A stretch of DNA of 64,000 nucleotides, from positions 22,878,001-22,942,000 of the forward strand of contig OZ024740.1 of the NCBI GenBank assembly GCA_964016885.1, written 5' to 3'. The translations under genes were made by a program, and so were the position numbers. Positions within the stretch are counted from its first letter, which is position 1. The number at the start of each line of letters is the position of its first letter. The notes beneath the pieces were generated by a model. It did not search any database. It saw nothing but the letters and a program-made list of their open reading frames with translations, and was not told the origin of the DNA. This DNA comes from Eledone cirrhosa. Taxonomy: Eukaryota. Below, piece after piece: positions 57,001-64,000 of this stretch.

Positions 57001-60000
57001 AACCAGCAATAAGTAGATTCAGTGATGGTATATAAACCAGTGGTAAGTAGATTCAGTGATGGTATATAAACTAGTAGTAAGTAGATTCAGTGATGGTATA
57101 TGAACCAGTGGTAAGTAGATTCAGTGATGGTATATAAACCAGTGGTAAGTAGATTCAGTGATGGTATATGAACCATTGGTAAGCAGATTCAGTGATGGTA
57201 TATGAACCAGTGTAAGTAGATTCAGTGATGGTATATGAACCAGTAGTAAGTAGATTCAGTGATGGTATATGAATCAGTGGTAAGTAGATTCAGTGATGGT
57301 ATATGAACCAGTAGTAAGTAGATTCAGTGATGGTATATGAACCAGTGGTAAGTAGATTCAGTGATGGTATATAAACCAGTGGTAAGTAGATTCAGTGATG
57401 GTATATGAACCAGTGCTAAATAGATTCAGTGATGATATATGAATCAGTGGTAAGTAGATTCAGTGATGGTATATGAACCAGTAGTAAGTAGATTCAGTGA
57501 TGGTATATGAACCAGTGGTAAGTAGATTCAGTGATGGTATATAAACCAGTGGCAAGTAGATTCAGTGATGGTATATGAACAAGTAGTAAGTAGATTCAGT
57601 GATGGTATATAAACCAGTGGTAAGTAGATTCAGTGATGGTATATAAACCAGTGGTAAGTAGATTCAGTGATGGTATATGAACAAGTAGTAAGTAGATTCA
57701 GTGATGGTATATAAACCAGTGGTAAGTAGATTCAGTGATGGTATATGAACCAGTGGTAAGTTGATTCAGTGATGGTATATAAACCAGTGGAAAGTAGATT
57801 CAGTAATGGTATATAAACCAGTGGTAAGCAGATTCAGTGATGGTATATGAACCAGTGGTAAGTAGATTCAGTGATGGTATATAAACCAGTAGTAAGTAGA
57901 TTCAGTGATGGTATATAAACCAGTGGTAAGTAGATTCAGTGATGGTATATAAACCAGTGGTAAGTAGATTCAGCGATGGTATATGAATGAGTGGTAAATA
58001 AATTCAGTTATGGTATATAAACCAGTGGTAAGTAGATTCAGTGATGGTATATGAACCAGTGGTAAGTAGATTCAGTGATGGTATATAAAACAGTGGTAAG
58101 TAGATTCAGTGAAGGTATATAAACCAGTGGTAAATAGATTCAGTGATGGTATATAAACCAGTGGTAAGTAGATTCAGTGATGGTATATGAATCAGTGGTA
58201 AGTAGATTCAGTAATGGTATATGAACCAGTGGTAAGTAGATTCAGTGATGGTATATAAACCAGTGGAAAGTAGATTCAGTGATGGTATATGAACCAGTGG
58301 TAAGTAGATTCAGTGATGGTATATGAACCAGTGGTAAGTAGATTCAGTGATGGTATATGGACCAGTGGAAAGTAGATTCAGTGATGGTATATGAACCAGT
58401 GGTAAATAGATTCAGTGATGGTATATGAACCAGTGGTAAGTAGATTCAGTGATGGTATATGAACCAGTGGTAAGTAGATTCAGTGATGGTATATGGACCA
58501 GTGGAAAGTAGATTCAGTGATGGTATATAAACCAGTGGTAAATAGATTCAGTGATGGTATATAAACCAGTGGTAAGTAGATTCAGTGATGGTATATGAAT
58601 CAGTGGTAAGTAGATTCAGTAATGGTATATGAACCAGTGGTAAGTTGATTCAGTGATGGTATATAAACCAGTGGAAAGTAGATTCAGTGATGGTATATGA
58701 ACCAGTGGTAAGTAGATTCAGTGATGGTATATGAACCAGTGGTAAGTAGATTCAGTGATGGTATATGGACCAGTGGAAAGTAGATTCAGTGATGGTATAT
58801 GAATCAGTGGTAAGTAGATTCAGTGATGGTATATAGACCACTAGTAAGTAGATTCGGTGATGGTATATAAACCAGTGGTAAGTAGATTCAGTGATGGTAT
58901 ATGAACCAGTGGAAAGTAGATTCAGTGATAGTATATGAACCAGTGGTAAGTGGATTCAGTGATGGTATATGAACCAGTGGTAAGTAGATTCAGTGATGGT
59001 ATATAAACCATTGGTAAGTAGATTTAGTGATGGTATATAAACCAGTAGTAAGTAGATTCAGTGATGGTATATGAACCAGTGGAAAGTAGATTCAGTGATA
59101 GTATATGAACCAGTGGTAAGTGGATTCAGTGATGGTATATGAACCAGTGGTAAGTAGATTCAGTGATGGTATATGAACCAGTGGTAAGTAGATTCAGTGA
59201 TAGTATATGAACCAGTGGTAAGTAGATTCAGTGATGGTATATGAACCAGTGGTAAGTAGATTCAGTGATGGTATATGAACCAGTGGTAAGTAGATTCAGT
59301 GATGGTATATGAACCAGTGGTAAGTAGATTCAGTGACGGTATGTGAACCAGTAGTAAGTAGAATCAGTGATGGTATATGAACCAGTAGTAAGTAGATTCA
59401 GTGATGATATATGAATCAGTGGTAAGTAGATTCAGTGATGGTATATGAACCAGTAGTAAGTAGATTCAGTGATGTTATATAAACCAGTGGTAAGTAGATT
59501 CAGTGATGGTATATGAACCAGTGTTAAATAGATTCAGTGATGGTATATGAACCAGTGGTAAGTAGATTCAGTGATGGTATATGAACCAGTAGTAAGTAGA
59601 TTCAGTGAAGGTATATAAACCAGTGGTAAGTAGATTCAGTGATGGTATATGAACCAGTGGTAAGTAGATTCAGTGATGGTATATGAACCAGTGGTAAGTA
59701 GATTCAGTGATGGTATATGAACCAGTGGTTAATAGATTCAGTGATGTTATATTAACCAGTGCTAAGTAGATTCAGTGATGGTATATGAATTAGTGGTAAG
59801 TAGATTCAGTGATGGTATATTAACCAGTGGTAAGTAGATTCAGTGATGGTATATGAACCCGTTGTAAGTAGATTCAGTGATGATAAATAAACCAGTGGTA
59901 AGTAGATTTAGTGATGGTATATTAACCAGTGTTAAGTAGATCCAGCGATAGTATATGAACCAGTGGTAAATAGATTCAGTGATGGTATATGAACCAGTGC

Positions 60001-63000
60001 TAAGTAGATTCAGTGAAGGTATATTAACCAGTGGTAAGTAGATTCAGTGATGGTATATTAACCAGTGGTAAGTAGATTCAGTGACGGTATATAAACCAGT
60101 GTTAAGTAGATTAAGTGATGGTATATAAACCAGTAGTAACTAGATCCAGTGATGGTATATGAACCAGTAGTAAGTAGATCAAGTGATGGTATATGAACCA
60201 GTAGTAAGTAGATTCAGTGATGGTATATGAACCAGTAGTAACTAGATTCAGTGATGGTATATGAACCAGTAGTAAGTAGATTCAGTGATGGTATATAAAC
60301 CAGTGGTAAATAGATTCAGTGATGGTATATACACCAGTGGTAAGTAGATTAAATGATGGTATATAAACCAGTGGTAAGTAGATTCAGTGATGGTATATAA
60401 ACCAGTAGTAAGTAGATTCAGTGATGGTATATGGACCAGTGGTAAGTAGATTCAGTGATGGTATATATACCAGTGGTAAGTAGATTCAGTGATGGTATAT
60501 GAACCAGTGGTAAGAAGATTCAGTGATGGTATATGAACCAGTGGTAAGTAGATTCAGTGATGGTATATGAACCAGTAGTAAGTAGATTCAGTGATGGTAT
60601 ATGAATCAGTGGTAAGTAGATTCAGTGATGGTATATGAACCAGTACTAAGTAGATTCAGTGATGGTATATGAACCAGTGGTAAGTAGATTCAGTGATGGT
60701 ATATGAACCAGTGGTAAGTAAATTTAGTGATGGTATATGAACCAGTAGTAAGTAGATTCAGTGATGTATATGAACCAGTGGTAAGTAGATTCAGTGATGG
60801 TATATAAACCAGTGGTAAGTAGATTCAGTGATGGTATATGAACAAGTAGTAAGTAGATTCAATGATGGTATATAAACCAGTGGTAAGTAGATTCAGTGAT
60901 GGTATATGAATCAGTGGTAAGTAGATTCAGTAATGGTATATGAACCAGTGGTAAGTAGATTCAGTGATGGTATATAAACCAGTAGTAACTAGATCCAGTG
61001 ATGTTATATGAACCAGTAGTAAGTAGATCCAATGATGGTATATGAACAAGTAGTAAGGAGATTCAGTGATGGTATATGAACCAGTAGTAACTAGATTCAG
61101 TGATGGTATATGAACCAGTGGTAAGTAAATTCAGTGATGGTATATGAACCAGTAGTAAGTAGATTCAGTGTTGGTATATAAACCAGTGGTAAATATATTC
61201 AGTGATGTTATATAAACCAGTGGTAAGTAGATTAAATGATGGTATATAAACCAGTGGTAAGTAGATTCAGTGATGGTATATGAATCAGTGGTAAGTAGAT
61301 TCAGTGATGGTATATGAACCACTGGTAAATAGATTCAGTGATGGTATATGAACCAGTGGTAAGTAGATTCAGTGATGGTATATGAACCAGTGGTAAGTAG
61401 ATTCAGTGATGGTATATGAACCAGTAGTAAGTAGATTCAGTGATGGTATATGAACCAGTGGTAAGTAGATTCAGTGATGGTTTATAAACCAGTGGTAAGT
61501 AGATTCAGTGATGGTATACGAACCAGTAGTAAGTAGATTCAGTGATGGTATATGAACCAGTAGTAAGTAGATTCAGTGATGGTATATGAACCAGCAATAA
61601 GTAGATTCAGTGATGGTATATAAACCAGTGGTAAGTAGATTCAGTGATGGTATATAAACTAGTAGTAAGTAGATTCAGTGATGGTATATGAACCAGTGGT
61701 AAGTAGATTCAGTGATGGTATATAAACCAGTGGTAAGTAGATTCAGTGATGGTATATGAACCATTGGTAAGCAGATTCAGTGATGGTATATGAACCAGTG
61801 TAAGTAGATTCAGTGATGGTATATGAACCAGTAGTAAGTAGATTCAGTGATGGTATATGAATCAGTGGTAAGTAGATTCAGTGATGGTATATGAACCAGT
61901 AGTAAGTAGATTCAGTGATGGTATATGAACCAGTGGTAAGTAGATTCAGTGATGGTATATAAACCAGTGGTAAGTAGATTCAGTGATGGTATATGAACCA
62001 GTGCTAAATAGATTCAGTGATGATATATGAATCAGTGGTAAGTAGATTCAGTGATGGTATATGAACCAGTAGTAAGTAGATTCAGTGATGGTATATGAAC
62101 CAGTGGTAAGTAGATTCAGTGATGGTATATAAACCAGTGGCAAGTAGATTCAGTGATGGTATATGAACAAGTAGTAAGTAGATTCAGTGATGGTATATAA
62201 ACCAGTGGTAAGTAGATTCAGTGATGGTATATGAATGAGTGGTAAATATATTCAGTTATGGTATATGAACCAGTGGTAAGTAGATTCAGTGATGGCATAT
62301 GAACCATTGGTAAGTAGATTCAGTGATGGTATATAAACCAGTGGTAAGTAGATTCTGCGATGGCATATGAACCAGTGGTAAATATATTCAGTGATGGTAT
62401 ATAAACCAGTGGTAAGTAGATTCAGTGATGGTATATAAATCAGTGGTAAGTGGATTCAGTAATGGTATATGAACCAGTGGTAAGTTGATTCAGTGATGGT
62501 ATATAAACCAGTGGTAAGCAGATTCAGTGATGGTATATGAACCAGTGGTAAGTAGATTCAGTGATGGTATATGAACCAGTGGTAAGTAGATTCAGTGATG
62601 GTATATGAACCAGTGGTAAGTAGATTCAGTGAAGGTATATAGACCACTAGTAAGTAGATTCGTTGATGGTATATAACCAGTGGTAAGTAGATTTAGTGAT
62701 GGTATATAAACCAGTAGTAAGTAGATTCAGTGATGGTATATGAACCAGTGGTAAGTAAATTGAGTGATGGTATATGAACCAGTGGAATGTAGATTCAGTG
62801 ATGGTATATAAACCAGTGGTAAGTAGATTCAGTGATGGCATATGAACCAGTGGAATGTAGATTCAGTGATGGTATATGAACCAGTGGTAAGTATATTCAG
62901 TGATGGTATATGAACCAGTGGTAAATAGATTCAGTGATGGTATATGAACCAGTGGTATGTAGATTCAGTGATGGTACATAAATCAGTGTTAAGTAGATTC

Positions 63001-64000
63001 AGTGATGGTAAATGAACCAGTGGTAAGTATATTCAGTGATGGTATATGAACCAGTGGTAAGTAGATTCAGTGATGGTATATGAACCAGTGGTAAGTAGAT
63101 TCAGTGATGGTATATGAACCAGTGGTAAGTAGATTCAGTGATGGTATATTAACCAGTAGTAACTAGATTCAGTGATGGTATATGAACCAGTGGTAAGTAG
63201 ATTCAGTGAAGGTATATAAACCAGTGGTAAATAGATTCAGTGAAGGTATATAAACCAGTGGTCAGTTGATTCAGTGATGGTATATAAACCAGTGGAAAGT
63301 AGATTCAGTAATGGTATATAAAGCAGTGGTAAGCAGATTCAGTGATGGTATATGAACCAGTGGTAAGTAGATTCAGTGATGGTATATGAACCAGTGGTAA
63401 GTAGATTCAGTGATGGTATATGAACAAGTAGTAAGTAGATTCAGTGATGGTATATAAACCAGTGGTAAGTAGATTCAGTGATGGTATATAAACCAGTGGT
63501 AAGTAGATTCAGTGATGGTATATGAATGAGTGGTAAATATATTCAGTTATGGTATATAAACCAGTGGTAAGTAGATTCAGTGATGGCATATGAACCAGTG
63601 GTAAGTAGATTCAGTGATGGTATATAAAACAGTGGTAAGTAGATTCAGTGAAGGTATATAAACCAGTGGTAAATAGATTCAGTGATGGTATATAAACCAG
63701 TGGTAAGTAGATTCAGTGATGGTATATGAATCAGTGGTAAGTAGATTCAGTAATTGTATATGAACCAGTGGTAAGTTGATTCAGTGATGGTATATAAACC
63801 AGTGGAAAGTAGATTCAGTAATGGTATATAAACCAGTGGTAAGCAGATTCAGTGATGGTATATGAACCAGTGGTAAGTAGATTCAGTGATGGTATATGAA
63901 CCAGTGGTAAGTAGATTCAGTGATGGTATATAGACCACTAGTAAGTAGATTCGGTGATGGTATATAAACCAGTGGTAAGTAGATTCAGTGATGGTATATG
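48017..64000. repeat. Higher-order repeat copy H3 (incomplete): P1 48017-50821, Q 50822-54746, P2 54747-57551, partial Q ~57645-59334, P2 59335-62139, R 62140-end
   Basis: Marker gacggtatgtg at 48017, 54747 and 59335. Pseudo-ORFs at 49813, 56543, 61131 and 62647. Confidence 0.88.
53057..62230. repeat. Tandem duplication of 4588 bp (135 monomers minus 2 nt)
   Basis: Constant offset 4588: gaacaag 53091/57679, gacggtatgtg 54747/59335, pseudo-ORF 56543/61131, ggcaag 57551/62139. Confidence 0.9.

Larger units (their letters stand above)
1..64000. repeat. Tandem satellite array, 34-bp monomer GGTATATGAACCAGTGGTAAGTAGATTCAGTGAT, ~1883 copies, single orientation, extends past both window ends
   Basis: The monomer reads directly from base 1 and recurs without spacers to base 64000, usually with 0-3 substitutions per copy. 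I counted 30 one-base deletions, and 64000+30 = 1883x34+8, which matches the window ending 8 nt into a monomer (ggtatatg). Confidence 0.99.

Noticed and set aside
2460-62841. Twelve 60-64 aa minus-strand ORFs in the supplied track
   Set aside because: They are translations of the satellite where one variant removes the recurring TGA. They recur only because the blocks are duplicated, and the homologous position near 944-1135 is broken by a variant (actag ~961). They have no recognisable domain or gene context, so I used them only as positional markers.
1-64000. CRISPR array (34-bp repeat length, weak dyad)
   Set aside because: There are no unique spacers because the monomers abut directly, and there is no leader or cas gene.
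1-64000. Telomerase-synthesised telomeric repeat (G-rich strand skew)
   Set aside because: The unit is longer than the telomerase repeats I know. Variants are inherited in multi-kb blocks, which indicates DNA-level duplication rather than re-copying of one RNA template. A subtelomeric location remains possible.
1-64000. Reverse-transcriptase or rolling-circle concatemer of a short template (DRT2/neo-like) or amplification artefact
   Set aside because: Copying one short template would give identical monomers or random errors, not nested collinear variant patterns with shared indels. No RT gene is in the window.
1-64000. TATA-box-like TATATAAA and splice-donor-like GGTAAGT motifs in hundreds of monomers
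   Set aside because: These are short motifs intrinsic to the monomer, with no associated gene or exon structure. Function cannot be supported from sequence.
1-64000. Nucleosome-length (5x34 = 170 bp) periodicity
   Set aside because: I saw no 5-monomer recurrence of variants, so this is an arithmetic coincidence without MNase data.
1-64000. G-quadruplex potential
   Set aside because: The consensus has only two GG dinucleotides per 34 bp and no GGG tracts.

Overview
The whole 64 kb window is one uninterrupted head-to-tail tandem array of a 34-bp monomer, consensus GGTATATGAACCAGTGGTAAGTAGATTCAGTGAT (38% GC; 10 G vs 3 C on the + strand; no CpG). Phase accounting gives 1883 monomers plus 8 nt, once 30 single-base deletions are allowed for. 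I see no gene, RNA gene, transposon, CRISPR spacer, inversion or unique sequence. The ORFs in the track are by-products of the repeat. The information lies in how monomer variants are ordered. They define nested higher-order structure: a ~17 kb (about 500-510 monomer) higher-order repeat built as P1-Q-P2-R, recent 3.6 kb and 4.6 kb tandem duplications, an older diverged ~4.5 kb paralog inside block R, and a 16+18 bp internal dimer within the monomer. The best interpretation is a eukaryotic-type satellite DNA array (possibly centromeric, pericentromeric or subtelomeric). I cannot assign the family or organism, and I find no evidence of a novel protein-based system here. Block coordinates were read by eye from diagnostic variants and are approximate to about one monomer.
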